Part shown: piece after piece, positions 15,801 through 27,771 of the stretch | Numbering within the stretch: position 1 is the first letter of the stretch | Layout of the letters: each line of letters begins with the position of its first letter | NCBI GenBank assembly: GCA_002269645.1 | Contig: NIVC01001420.1 | Coordinates: forward strand, 23,576 to 87,575 | Origin: Macrostomum lignano | Lineage: Eukaryota | Direction: 5' to 3' | DNA: 64,000 bases | Position numbers and translations under genes: made by a program | Notes under the pieces: model-generated | The model's database searches: none | The model's input: only the letters and a program-made list of their open reading frames with translations | What the model was told of the DNA's origin: nothing

Positions 15801-17295
15801 TTCTGCCTTGATGCTGGACTAGCTCACATTCTAGGAATCTGTTCTGATTGCATTCTAACAAACTGAAGCATTCTCGGCAACAAAAAATTCTCGGCGGCTC
15901 TGAGAGCCAGAGCCTAAACAGACAGAGAAATCTGTTCGAGTTGAGTCTGTAGGTTAGGTGGACCAGCTACTCCACAGCACTTCTAGGCGATAATCTGAGC
16001 CAGGAATCTCCGAGAGCCTCTCGTTACACATCCAGATGTTCTGCCTTGATGCTGGACTAGCTCACTTTCTAGGAATCTGTTCTGATTGCATTCTAACAAA
16101 CTGAAGCATTCTCGGCACTAAACTTTCTCGGCGGCTCTGAGAGCCAGAGCCTCAAACAGACAGAGAAATCTGTTCGAGTTGTGTCTGTAGGTTAGGTGGA
16201 CCAGCTACTCCACAGCACTTCTAGGCGATAATCTGAGCCAGGAATCTTCAAGAGACTTTCGTTACACATCCAGATGTTCTGCCTTGATGCTGGACTAGCT
16301 CACTTTCTAGGAATCTGTTCTGATTGCATTCTAACAAACTGAAGCATTCTCGGCACTAAATTTTCTCGGCGGTTCTGAGAGCCAGAGCTTCAAACAGACA
16401 GAGAAATCTGTTCGAGTTGTGTCTGTAGGTTAGGTGGACCAGCTATTCTACAGCACTTCTAGGCGATAATCCGAGCCAGGAATCTCCGAGAGCCTCTCGT
16501 TACACATCCAGATGTTCTGCCTTGATGCTGGACTAGCTCACTTTCTAAGAATCTGTTCTGATTGCATTCTAACAAACTGAAGCATTCTCGGCACTAAATT
16601 TTCTCGGCGGCTCTGAGAGCCAGAGCCTCAAACAGACAGAAATCTGTTCGAGTTGTGTCTGTAGGTTAGGTGGACCAGCTATTCTACAGCACTTCTAGGC
16701 GATAATCCGAGCCAGGAGTCTCCGAGAGCCTCTCGTTACACATCCAGATGTTCTGCCTTGATGCTGGACTAGCTCACTTTCTAGGAATCTGTTCTGATTG
16801 CATTCTAACAAACTGAAGCATTTTCTGCACTAAACTTTCTCGGCGGCTCTGAGAGCCAGAGCCCTAAACAGACAGAGAAATCTGTTCGAGTTGTGTCTGT
16901 AGGTTAGGTGGACCACCTTCTGAGAGACAAAGCCTCAAACAGACTGAGAGAGCTGCTTCAGTTCTGTCTGTAGGTTATGTGGACCACCTAATAGCCAGAG
17001 CTCTAAACAGACAGAGAAATCTGTTCGAGTTGTGTCTGTAGGTTAGGTGGACCAGCTATTCTATAGCACTTCTAGGCGATAATCTGAGCCAGGAATCTCC
17101 GAGAGCCTCTCGTTACACATCCAGATGTTCTGCCTTGATGCTGGACTAGCTCACTTTCTAGGAATATGTTCTGATTGCATTCTAACAAACTGAAGCATTC
17201 TCGGCACTAAACTTTCTCAGCGGCTCTGAGAGCCAGAGCCTCAAACAGACAGAGAAATCTGTTCGAGTTGTGTCTGTAGGTTAGGTGGACCAGCT
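6900..17295. repeat. Satellite array: ~35 x 236-238-bp units plus ~12 pairs of ~67-bp head-only units
   Basis: Unit GAGCCAGAGCCTCAAACAGACAGAGAAATCTGTTCGAGTTGTGTCTGTAGGTTAGGTGGACCAG... recurs at 6954, 7192, 7430 (238-bp period). Short-unit pairs at approximately 7666, 8041, 9368, 9744, 11134, 11508, 13072, 13446, 14060, 14436, 15286, 16849. Counts are manual. Confidence 0.97.
10055..10351. mobile_element. 297-bp hAT-type MITE inserted in the satellite
   Basis: Perfect 14-bp TIR CATACATGCGCAAC / GTTGCGCATGTATG. 8-bp target duplication CTTTCTAG (10047-10054 and 10352-10359); removing the insert and one copy restores the satellite unit. An 8-bp TSD is typical of hAT. Confidence 0.9.
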
Positions 17296-17810
17296 TCTCT
17301 ACAGCAATTGAGTTGCAGGCCTTGCAGCTAGCTACTTTGAGATCATCAAACGAAACTCACTTTTCTGGACTCGGTGTCGACGGATTTGCGAGCAGACTGA
17401 TGATTTTCACCAGGCGATGCGGCTTCTTCGATTTCGCAGTGGCTTTTTGCGACGGTGTTTTTTTAGTTTTTATTTTAGGCTTGGCGTCCTTTTTTGCGGG
17501 TCATCATATCTTGGTTGTAGATTACAGTTTTTGGCACAATAAATTTATATATGGATGAAACTTGGAGTAATGATTAACATTAGACCTATTAAGTATAAAA
17601 AACCGTTCTAATTTATACAATTGCAATCCTTTAGAGTTGTATAGTATGGATTATAAGTACTTTCTTTTAAACTGTCTGTGTCTGGTCTCACTACGCCATG
17701 GTTTACGTGGACCACCCGCTTAGACATTATATATCCCTCTCTCCACTGTCTTACCTTCAGAACGCTTGCGGGTTTCCTATTGGCTGCGGTCGGTCCCATT
17801 GTTGGGGTGG

Positions 17811-17965
17811 ATCTATCCTCCTAAGTGTTAACCAGCCAATTATAGAAAGGGAGGTCTGTCTGTCTGTCTGTTCCAACCCTATACTCCTGCACATGTGTTT
17901 ACGTGGACCAAACAGACAGTGAGTGTTAGGCTGACTGTTAATGCGTTCTTAGTTTTACTGGGACC
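17811..17965 (+). mobile_element. Possible 5' end of a Helitron/Helentron-like non-autonomous element
   Basis: A|TCTATCC...TTATAGAAAGGGAG followed by (GTCT)n and GTTTACGTGGACCA resembles DINE-1/Lep1-type ends; no 3' end located. Confidence 0.35.
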
Positions 17966-19037
17966 GCAATCAAGTCGACCTTTTGCTAGAGAGTCAGAGA
18001 CCCAATCGCTAGCTAAAAGGCCCTTCTTAATTGCGTCCTCTTGATCAAATCTTTTGCATGTACATGTATGAATTGTCCTTTTCAATTAGGTAAATTGCAT
18101 CTTCAACTTTGCACTTGAAAGGCTGCAGCTTAGGATCTTCTTCTTCCAACATTGGAGGAGGATAGAACAGGATATCCCATAGTGTTTAGGATAGAATTGG
18201 CAAGCACTTAATTCATGAAGTTGCTATTTTCTTCTTGTGTAATGGTAGAGCCTCAGAAATTCGCATTTACACAGTGTGGCTATCAAGGACCACTGGGAGT
18301 TCTTGAGAAGTCATTGAAGAATACTATTTAGGCTTCACTTAAATATCTTTCTTGTCTCGGAGTCTTTATCGTTTGATCTGGTTAGCGAATTGGATTTCTT
18401 TACGTTGGTGTCTTACTCTGTGAGTCTGTGCTCAGAGTACGATACCGAAATTGCTGGAACTGAGCTAATTAAATGGAGTTTAAAGTTTACTGTATCAAAT
18501 TCATTTCGCATACGAGGTTTCAGAATTTAACCTGCGTACCTACTTGAATGTCAAAGATGTTGAACGCATATTGTTTTAAAGCCAGTGGCGGTCATAATAT
18601 GATGTTAACATAGCCATTTGTTCGTAAGGTAATGATCTGTAAAAAATTCAGTTTTGCATCGAATCTATGCTTAATAACTGCTATACACAAACAGACACAA
18701 ACAGACACAAACAGACACAAACAGACGATTTTCGAAAAATTTTCTAAAATTTTTCGGTTTACGTGGACCAGACTCGCTCAGTTTAGGTAGACCAGGCTGG
18801 AGGTCCAGCTAAACTGAAATGCAAATAACTTTGGAAAAAACCATGCTAGACATCCCAAAATTGCTTAAGCCTTTCTTGACCCGCCTGACATTAATGTGAG
18901 ATCCTCATCAACGTCTTAACCCCACCAGAGACAAAATTATTTGGTGGTCCACCTAAGTGGTCTACCTACACCGGGTGGTCCAGCTAACGAGGCTACTAAA
19001 CTTCCAAAAAGTCCACGTAAACACACAGACAGTAGAA

Positions 19038-19055
19038 CAGACAGACAGACAGACT

Positions 19056-19134
<79 letters not shown>

Positions 19135-19135
19135 T

Positions 19136-19198
<63 letters not shown>

Positions 19199-19199
19199 T

Positions 19200-19259
<60 letters not shown>

Positions 19260-19277
19260 GGCAGACAGACAGACAGA
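19038..19277. repeat. (GACA)n microsatellite
   Basis: Seen directly. Confidence 0.98.
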
Positions 19278-19335
19278 AAGACTCCAAAAGACCCAATTGA
19301 TTCGCGCAGGGCAGCTGAGGCCATTAAAACCTAAG

Positions 19336-22300
19336 ATGCAGCTTGACGGCGGCTGGGGCTGGATGGTGGTGCTTAGCAGCTTCATGCTGCACGTGATCAT
19401 CGACGGCATCAGCTACGCTTTCGGCGTGCTGGCAGCCGACCTGGTGCAGGAGCTGGGCTCCACCCGCCAGCTGAACGGCTGGATCGCCTCCACCCTGGTT
19501 GGCGTCACTCTGGCAGGCGGCCCGGTGGCTGGCGCCGTCAGCGCTCGGTTCGGCTATCGGGTGGCGGCGCTGGCCGGCTCCGTCATTGGGGCGGTCGGTT
19601 TCGCGGCTTCCTATTTTGTTGAGACGGCCTGGCCTCTGGTTATCACCGTTGGCTGCTTGGTTGGTGAGTGTGGGTAAAGTGCCTTTCTCACTCCAGAGTG
19701 TACATTCTTATCTGCCTCTCTTATATCCCGAATGTAAATTCTTATCTGCCCCTCTTATATTCCGAATGTACATTCTTATCTGCCCCTCTTATATCCCGAA
19801 TGTACATTCTTATCTGCCCCTCTTATATTCCGAATGTACATTCTTATCTGCCCCTCTTATATCCCGAATGTACATTCTTATCTTGCGCGTCTTATCTCCC
19901 GAATTTACATTCTTATCTGCCCCTCTTATCTCCTGAATGTACATTCTTATCTGCCCCTCTTATATCCCGAATGTACATTCTTATCTGCCCCTCTTATATC
20001 CCGAATGTACATTCTTATCTGCCCCTCTTATCTCCCGAATGTACATTCTTATCTGCCCCTACTATATCCCGAATGTACATTCTTATCTGCCCCTCTTATA
20101 TCCCGAATGTACATTCTTATCTTGCCACTCTTATCTCCCGAATGTACATTCTTATCTGCCCCTCTTATCTCCCGAATCTACATTCTTATCTTGCCACTCT
20201 TATATCCCGAATGTACATTCTTAACTGCCCCTCTTATATCCCGAATGTACATTCTTATCTGCCCCTCTTGTCTCCCGAATCTACATTCTTATCTGCCCCT
20301 CTTATATCCCGAATGTACATTCTTATCTGCCCCTCTTATCTCCAGAGTGTACATTCTTCTGTCTCCATATGTCCCAACGCTCTAGATGTATATCCCCTAT
20401 AGTTCCCTATCTAGCTATACATTTCAAAGCTATAGAATTATAGTATTATTTTTTTCCTCTTCGCCATTCTCTTTTTTCAATGGTCTGATCAATTAAACTT
20501 TGAAGTACACAGCGAGTCCTCTCTGTCACGAACTTGCGCAAAAAGTCGTTCTTTGATCTTCAGTTAGTCGATTTTTTTTATAAAATGCAAATTACCTATC
20601 GATGCAATTGGATTTAGTATCATGCATAATGTAACGAGAGGAAGGTCCTTATAGAAATCTTCTTTGATGTTGTCCAAGAGGAAAGAAATCCCGCCTGCAG
20701 TTCCTCAGAGAGCAATGCTTTGCTTCTTTGCTGCGATTCTTCATTTCTTGAAAACATACAGTCCACAGTGCTGTCGCGTGCGCAACGGGATTTAGCCAGA
20801 TCCTGTAAGATCCCAGAGCTCTCTCGCAAAGAGATTAGGCAAGCAGTCTCCCTCGGGTTACGAGTTACAGCTGAGTAGGACTGCATGAGGTTGCGGGCGG
20901 ATTTAGATGCAAGATTTTGATGAAGAACTTAGAGAGGAATGGATGCACAGATTCCGCAGCCTCCGATGCCGAGGGTATAGGTAATCAGATTGACTATAGA
21001 GCTGCTAGGGGATTCTATATGCTACTCCCGGAGTAGAACTCTCTATGCAGCTTTTTATAGTCAGAATCGAGCGCGAGAAAAACAGAGGAAGCTAATTTTA
21101 TCATTGATCATTTCAGGCTTCGGCATGAGTCTGATCTATCTGCCAGCTATAATCTGCGTGGGCATCTACTTTGAGAAGTACAGGTCAACAGCGATTGGTA
21201 TTGCAGTGTGCGGCTCCGGAGTCGGTGAGGCTTGAAGACTCAATCCACCAATTATAATAATTATTTTAATTGCTTATAGCGAAAGAAAATTGCCTCTGAT
21301 AAAATGATTCCATCCAGCTAGTCAGATGGCTGTAATTTTCTCGGCGCATTTTGTTTTGACGGTGCATAAATGTATTTAACGAGCACGGGCCCACCCTATG
21401 CAAGAAAATTGCTCAGCTGCAATTTTTAAAAACAAAAACAACCACTTCTATCTCTTACCTAGTGTACAAAACTCTCTAACCACTCACCCCAGTCTGCCAT
21501 CCAGTGTGTACATGGCTTCCGAGCCACCCATCCCAATCTCTCACCCAGTGTACATGACTCCCAAACTACCCACCCCAATCTCTCACCCAGTGTACATGAC
21601 TCCCCCCACCCCAATCTCTCACCCAGTGTACATGCCTAACAAACCATCCACTTTAATCTCTCACCCAGTGTACATGTACATGACTCCCGAGCCACCCACC
21701 CCAACATCCTGAATCTTACCCAGTGTACATATCTCCTGAACCACCCAGCCCCTAACAATCTGTCACCTTCAAAATGCAATCCAGGCACTCTGGCGATGAG
21801 CCCGCTAATTAGCTTCCTGTTGCGCCAGTACACCTGGAGAGGGACCATGATCATACTATCTGCCGCCGTGCTCCAGTGCGCCGTATTCGCTGCTCTGTTC
21901 CGACCGTTCAAACTCGACCAGATTTTATCTTCTTCATCGTCGACAGATCAGTCGCCTCCGGAGAAACAGCTGGAGGCTAATCAGCCCGAAATCGACATCG
22001 ACATCGACAATGACAACGACAAGACGACGCCGCTGCCAACTCCTGGACGTCATCATCAATTGCTGTCGCCGTCGTCGCCGCACCCGCTGCCCATTGTTCG
22101 TCGAGCGTCGGCTGACGAAGGTGGCGACGACGGCGGCCGGTCGCTGCTGCTGACGACGATGCTGCCACCAGGGAACGAGACAGCAAAGTACATTTTGGAC
22201 TGTTGGTGCTATAAGCTCAAAATACTCGTAGTTTTGAATGCCACTGCATGGGTTGCGATTAGCCTAGCTACTTTAAAATTGTATAGAGAAGCCTAGCTAG

Positions 22301-24016
22301 GGGCGTTCGATTCGCTGCCCAGCATTCATTTGAGGCTCGAGAAACGATTAGAAAGTCAAAAGAGCCGCTGTACACCCTGTGTGAGCTGTGTGCATGAGTG
22401 CGTGCCTGCGGACAGCATTGGCGCGCTTGCATGTGCTCAGGAGCCAGCGGAATGCATGGGCAGAACTGCTCTTAAGTCTCAGCCATTCTTGCCTGGCTCC
22501 CAATTCAGAAGCAACTCTTCCGTCGCTGACGTGGCCGACAATGATCAGCTTCTAGGAGACGGCAACAAGCAGCAGATGTTGCAGCAGCCGATTCCAGCGG
22601 TCGCTGATTTCCTGTCCGTGCAAGACATGCGGCCGCGAGTGCAGTGCCAGCCGCGATCTCAGGCTCTGCTGCAGCCGCCGCATCATCAGCAGCGTCATCA
22701 CCATCTGACCAGCGCCAGTCTCACTAACGTGAGTCGACCGGTGCAGTTCGTCCGCTCCATCACCAGCCTCACCTCCGTGCCAGCAGCCGGCGCTACTCAT
22801 GGCTCGGCCGCTGCAGGCGCCGATTCCAGCGGCGCAGCGACAACGACGGCAGAGTCTGCGGATGCGCAGAAATTTTTCAACTTGGAGCTGCTGACTAAAC
22901 CGGTTTTCCTGCTGTTCCTGCTGTCCAACCTGCTGTGCAGCATCGGGTTCAATGCGCCGTACATCTACACTCCGGACAGGGCGCAGCGGGCCGGACACGA
23001 GGACACCGAGAGCGCCCTGCTGGTGTCGGTGATTGGCGGCGCCAACACTGTGGGCCGGCTGGGGTTCGGCTGGCTGTCAGACCGCGGCGCAGACAGTCGG
23101 CGGCTGCAGCTGTACTGGGCATCCCTGGCGGTGTCTGGAGCGGCTCTGGCCATCAGCTGCCTGTCCGATGAATACGCCTTCAGCGCTGCCTGCTGCGCCG
23201 CCTTCGGTCTGTTCTCAGGTGAGATTAATTGATATATATCTACATTCCGAGATAGATTGATGCAATTTGATGGAAGAAGCATGCATTCGAAAATCCTACG
23301 CAGGCAGTCAGCGGCGTCGCTAACGGGAGGGGACAGGGGGGACATGTCCCCCCCCCAGTAAAAGATCTGGGGGGGAACATGCCAATGCTTTGTTCCCCCA
23401 CCCCAACTTGTGACCCGAGATGGAAATCAATAATTTTGCTGCAGGGCCTGTGGTGCCAAAATGAGTCCTGCGGCGCTAAAATGAGTGCCTGCGGCGCTAA
23501 AATGAGTACTAACAACACCGATTCTGAAAATAGTGTACATGTAAGAATTGTCATGTACATGTACACGTATAATTTTTGGCTTTGTCCCCCCACCATAAAA
23601 TCCATGGCGACGCCCCTGCGCAGGCTCATTCGTGACGCTGACGTCACCGGTCCTGGTTGACCTGGTCGGCATCGACAAGCTCAGCGATTCGTTCGGCCTG
23701 ACGCTGCTGTTTCAAGGAGTTGGCGTGCTGGCTGGACCGCCTTTGGCTGGTGTGTAGCTAGCTGATGACTTTGTTGATTTGTAATTTTCTTTGTTGTCAC
23801 CCTGCCACTAGCTAAATTGAATCCGTCCGTCAGTCACCTCGACACTTCACTACATACGCAGGCCTTCTTTACGACTGGACATCATCATTTGACGTACCTT
23901 TCCTGGTGTGCGGTTGCAGCCTCATCGCCAGTGGATTAGTGATGGTGCCAGCGCATTGGCTGCTCAGAGCCGAACAACAGCAACAGCAGCTGAACTGCAT
24001 CACCCAGGAACTGTGA
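19336..24016 (+). CDS. Monocarboxylate transporter family (SLC16/MCT, MFS), 6 coding exons, ~624 aa
   Basis: Exons 19336-19663, 21117-21224, 21785-22187, 22464-23218, 23624-23749, 23862-24016, all GT-AG and phase-compatible (sum 1875 nt). Motifs DGGWGW, YLPAIICVGIYFEKYRSTAIGIAVCGSGVG, VDLVGIDKLSDSFG. The intron 3 boundaries (22188/22463) and the start codon are tentative. Confidence 0.92.
19695..20360. repeat. 34-bp minisatellite in MCT intron 1 (CCCGAATGTACATTCTTATCTGCCCCTCTTATAT)
   Basis: Roughly 19 units, period 34. Confidence 0.95.
21485..21745. repeat. Degenerate ~42-bp minisatellite in MCT intron 2
   Basis: CACCCAGTGTACATGAC core repeated about 6 times. Confidence 0.85.
22250..22470 (+). 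mobile_element. tRNA-derived SINE copy in MCT intron 3
   Basis: A-box-like TAGCCTAGCT, B-box GTTCGATTC, and core GTGTGAGC..GTGCATGAGTGCGTGCCTGCG..CAGCATTGGCGCGCTTGCATGTGCTCAG shared with 680-750, 25880-26000, 48295-48515 (-) and 60190-60420. Confidence 0.7.
23309..23618. mobile_element. 310-bp hAT-type MITE at the MCT intron 4 / exon 5 junction
   Basis: TIRs CAGCGGCGTCGCTA / TGGCGACGCCCCTG. Right TSD CGCAGGCT (23619-23626); left copy CGCAGGC(AG)T (23299-23308). Confidence 0.82.
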
Positions 24017-26181
24017 CTGACGGTGTCCCTTGAAAGACAGACAGCATCTGTCCCTGGCTTAATCCGTTCCGGAAGATGCTGTCTATGAAATTAATTGGCT
24101 TGTGTGCAAAGCTTAATTATTTCTGCCGATTGTCAGTGGCATTGCTCGAATCGAATGTGATTTGTTATAGATAAAATTTATAGATATTATTTCTCGATAT
24201 GCTAGCGTAGGTACATATCGGCCGGGCCTCAGAGTGCCGAAAATGCAGGAGTCAAACAAAATAATTTAAGCTTTTATCGGGACATCCGTTATGTATATAT
24301 TTAGCTACATGTTCTTGCTTCAATTGTTTGTTTGACAGTTATGCTTTCAGTTAATTAATTTTTTAGCTTTCATCGTTTTGGTCGTTTTGCTTTGTCGTAA
24401 TAATTGTCTTATGTATTTTCTTTATTAAGTTGACAATTTTTTACGTAACCATTATAGTTTAAGGGCAAATAAATTATAGCTGGCTAAGTAAGCATTTGAA
24501 AAAAACTTTGCTTGGGAAATACATGTACATTAAGCGAGCTAAATATATTCTAAACAAAGATGCTAAAATAATTTGTCACGAAGTGTAACCACACATTCTC
24601 ACCGCCAACTTTGTGTTCCTCTGCTTTAATGTTCTGTAAACAAAAGTACTGAATGCACTATTGGATTACAAATAATTAAAGCTTCTCAATGCAATTTTCA
24701 TATTGTTGTCTGGTTCTTTTCCTTCCTTTTTCAAATATGATCGATAGATTATTTGATTTGTTTGATTGTTTATTGAAAAAAAACAATTTAAAAAATAAAC
24801 TAAAACCATTTATGATCAGTTATTTGTGAGTTTATCTTTGTTGACCTGTGTACTTCTACAAATATGCTTCTTAAATACTTCAAAGTTTTTCTCTTCTAAA
24901 AGGTAATCTATTTTAATAAATTAACCTTTAAAAACGTTTAAGATGTGAAATGTCAATGAAGACAAAAAAGATTATTGTGTACTTTGATATTTGCTTGACC
25001 TACAATAAGCAGGTACGAGCACGGCAAACAGCTTTAAGCATCAATTCTTTTATGGGCACAGAAAAAAGCAAAAAAACTTGATTGCATTCTGTTATTCTAG
25101 CAGCCTAAAGGCCAAATTTTTATAACCTTTTGTGTCGTCTATACAAAGCTAGCCAAGTGTGCCTCACAGGATAATGGAATTAGTGGCACAGCTGACGGTG
25201 TACCAACATAAAATGACGTCAGGCACTTTACAAACATCGCAGAAGAGGTCCTGAATATCAACAAACACGAAGTGGCACGAACTAAATCCTTTTTTTAGTT
25301 TTTTTAGCTAGCTACTAGATTTTCTTTGAAATGATCTGGAGAAGGAACGCAGCTTTACATTTGTCGGATCGCTAGTGAATTTAGGATGCAGCTTTTTTAG
25401 GAAAATTAAGTGCGTAGCGTCCTACTTCAGTTTTTCAGCAGGACGTCAAGCTAAGTGTACCGGCACGAGTATGGTACATTATACACCAAAAAACTATAAA
25501 GCTAAAGCTGCACAGCTCGATAATCTCTATAAACGAGAACCTGTTGTACCTAAGTGTCGCTACTTTAAAAACAAGAACTAGGCTTCTTTGGATGCAGATG
25601 AGAAGTTCGATTATATTGTTGTCTACACGCGACTTTTGCAAATGTATCAAAGCAATATGCCATTATACATTCACTTATTGGTGCCAGCTTGCCTAGTTGT
25701 TTAATGGACAGGCTATTCTGGATACAAATTCCGCACTAACCATTTAAGGTTATCTAAGCTTATCCTAGCCATCTAGCCAGAAAAGCTCAATGGTAAAGGC
25801 GTCATCTGACTCCACTAACCCAGGTTCTGATCGATTGTCGTGCGCTTGGCGGCCAACCGCCAAGACGAAGTACATGTACATGCCCGACGATTAGAAAGTG
25901 AACAAGGTCCGCTATACAGCCTATGCTTGTATGTGCTCAGCTGGAGTCGATCGAATGAGCAGAATTGCCATGGTGGCCCACAACCTTGCCTGCCCTCGTG
26001 CCAATATTTATGGTATAGGTATATTATAAATTTTATAAGCGTATATTGTGACACTTCTTCTAATCGGATAAGTTCAGAAGTCAACAATTCAGTTGTGTCT
26101 TCTTCATTTTGCCTCGGGCAAAAAAACAGCAAGACAATTCAACGAACGCAGGCAAAATGCAACAAGGAGAATGATCCAATG

Positions 26182-26501
26182 GGGGGGCATCACAAACCCG
26201 GAAAATCACAACTCCGTAAAGCGCTTTCCATCATAGACCCGAAATATCATAAACCCGAAATATCACAAACCCGAAATATCATAACTCCGAAATTGATAGC
26301 AACACACATCACAAACCCGAAATATCATATCTCTGAAAACAAAAATAGCATTGTCCATCACAAACCCGAAGTATCATAACTCCGAAGGTTCTAGCAATGT
26401 TGGTTTTCGAAGTTATGATATTTCGGGCTTATGATGGGCAATGCTATTTTGCCATTTTTGGTTTCGGAGTTGTGATTTTTCGGGTTTATGATGGCGACCC
26501 G
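26182..26501. mobile_element. Foldback/MULE-type MITE with modular inverted arms
   Basis: Left-arm subrepeats CATCACAAACCCGAAAT; right arm inverted, ending GGCGACCC. About 9-bp TSD GATCCAATG / CATCCAATG. Confidence 0.7.
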
Positions 26502-27453
26502 CATCCAATGCACAAAGAGAGAAATACAACTTAGGGGCAAATTGCAAGCCCTAATGCACTTGCAGACGTACCGGAAAAGACTTACTCTCAATTCTCAGTT
26601 GGAGCTCAAACTTTGGAACAAAAACTTACAAGTGCTTAACAATTGAATTGTTGATTATTTAACTTATCCGACGAGAAGGAGTGTCAAAATTTAGTCTTAT
26701 TTTGGCCCCATTTTATTAAAACATGTTTTCGTGGGTCTCTCAATTGAGTTAGAGATACCCAGAAATCTTATAGAGAAGTCCTTATTCTTATTCCTTAAGT
26801 TTGAACATAAGGAGATTAAATATCATAGAATCCCCTGTTTCAAGGATCTTACATGTAAAGAAAGTGCAAAAATGGGCGAGTCCATCACATGCTTTAATTG
26901 TAGTCAAATCGAAAAGCCAAAGCCAATATTTTAATTATTTTCTAAGCAAGTAGAAAAACTTTTGCTTGATTCAAAGGATTTAAGTGATAAGATAGAAATA
27001 GGATTTATTTAGAAGAAAATTCCAACTGGCACAATTGAAGTCTAAGAAATTGCAGATCTTGAATTTTAGTAACAACAAAAAGAAAAACAAATTAGAGTCG
27101 TTGGTTGCTTGTTGCTTTTTAAAGCCTCTTTGTCAGAAGAAAAATGAATTTATTATTAATAAAGGTGAAAATAAAGAGAAAAATTATTAATATGAAATTT
27201 AAATTGCACATAATATTTTTATTACTTGGTAACTACTAGCTGGTGTATTATATAGATTTCTATGCCAGTGTTGAAACAATAGGTTTAAAAAATTTTCAAT
27301 AAGCTTTTATTAATGTTAATAGCGGGCAAATTAATTTAATTTGGAACGAAAACAATAATAATAATTATGACCATTGGATTTATTAAAAGGAAACTAAATA
27401 AGTTGTCAAATCCATTCTCTAACAAGGCAACAAGTAGGCAAATTCTCAACTAG

Positions 27454-27771
27454 CTACTTGTGCTTCTCAACCAACTTCACCAGGCCATCGAAATCGGCAC
27501 CAAGCATCTTGTCAACCTGGCTCTTGTCCTTGAACAGTAGGAACGTTGGCATAGCCTCGATGCCCTGACTGCCGGCCGTCTCTTCGTTCTCGTCCACGTC
27601 AACTTTGGCGAAGACCACATCGGGCGTGTCTTTGGACAGTTGCTCAAATTTCGGCGCAATCATGCGGCATGGAGGGCACCAGGTGGCGGTGAAGTCAATC
27701 ACCACCAGCTTGCTGCCTGACTCGGCCAGAAGGGCATCGAACTCGGCTTTAGTGGCTAGTACTTTTACCAT
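27454..27771 (-). CDS. trx: Thioredoxin, single exon, 105 aa, WCPPC active site
   Basis: VVIDFTATWCPPCRMIAPKF...FAKVDVDE...MPTF is a full-length thioredoxin fold. Confidence 0.96.
   Translation of the reverse strand: MVKVLATKAEFDALLAESGSKLVVIDFTATWCPPCRMIAPKFEQLSKDTPDVVFAKVDVDENEETAGSQGIEAMPTFLLFKDKSQVDKMLGADFDGLVKLVEKHK

Noticed and set aside
6900-17295. CRISPR-like array
   Set aside because: Units are full tandem copies with no unique spacers, there are no cas genes, and the context is eukaryotic.
17340-17512. Lys-rich, histone-H1-like frame on the minus strand ending at a GTGAGT donor
   Set aside because: Needs a frameshift to join an ATG, and no downstream exon was found; may be a TE remnant.
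18937-20402. ORFs over (GACA)n and the 34-bp intronic array
   Set aside because: Repeat-derived; the true MCT exon ends at the 19663 donor.
20500-20985. Possible retrotransposon 3' fragment (also 18000-18560, 31780-32050, 33440-34080)
   Set aside because: Only vague, stop-riddled resemblance; no RT or integrase motif could be confirmed by eye.
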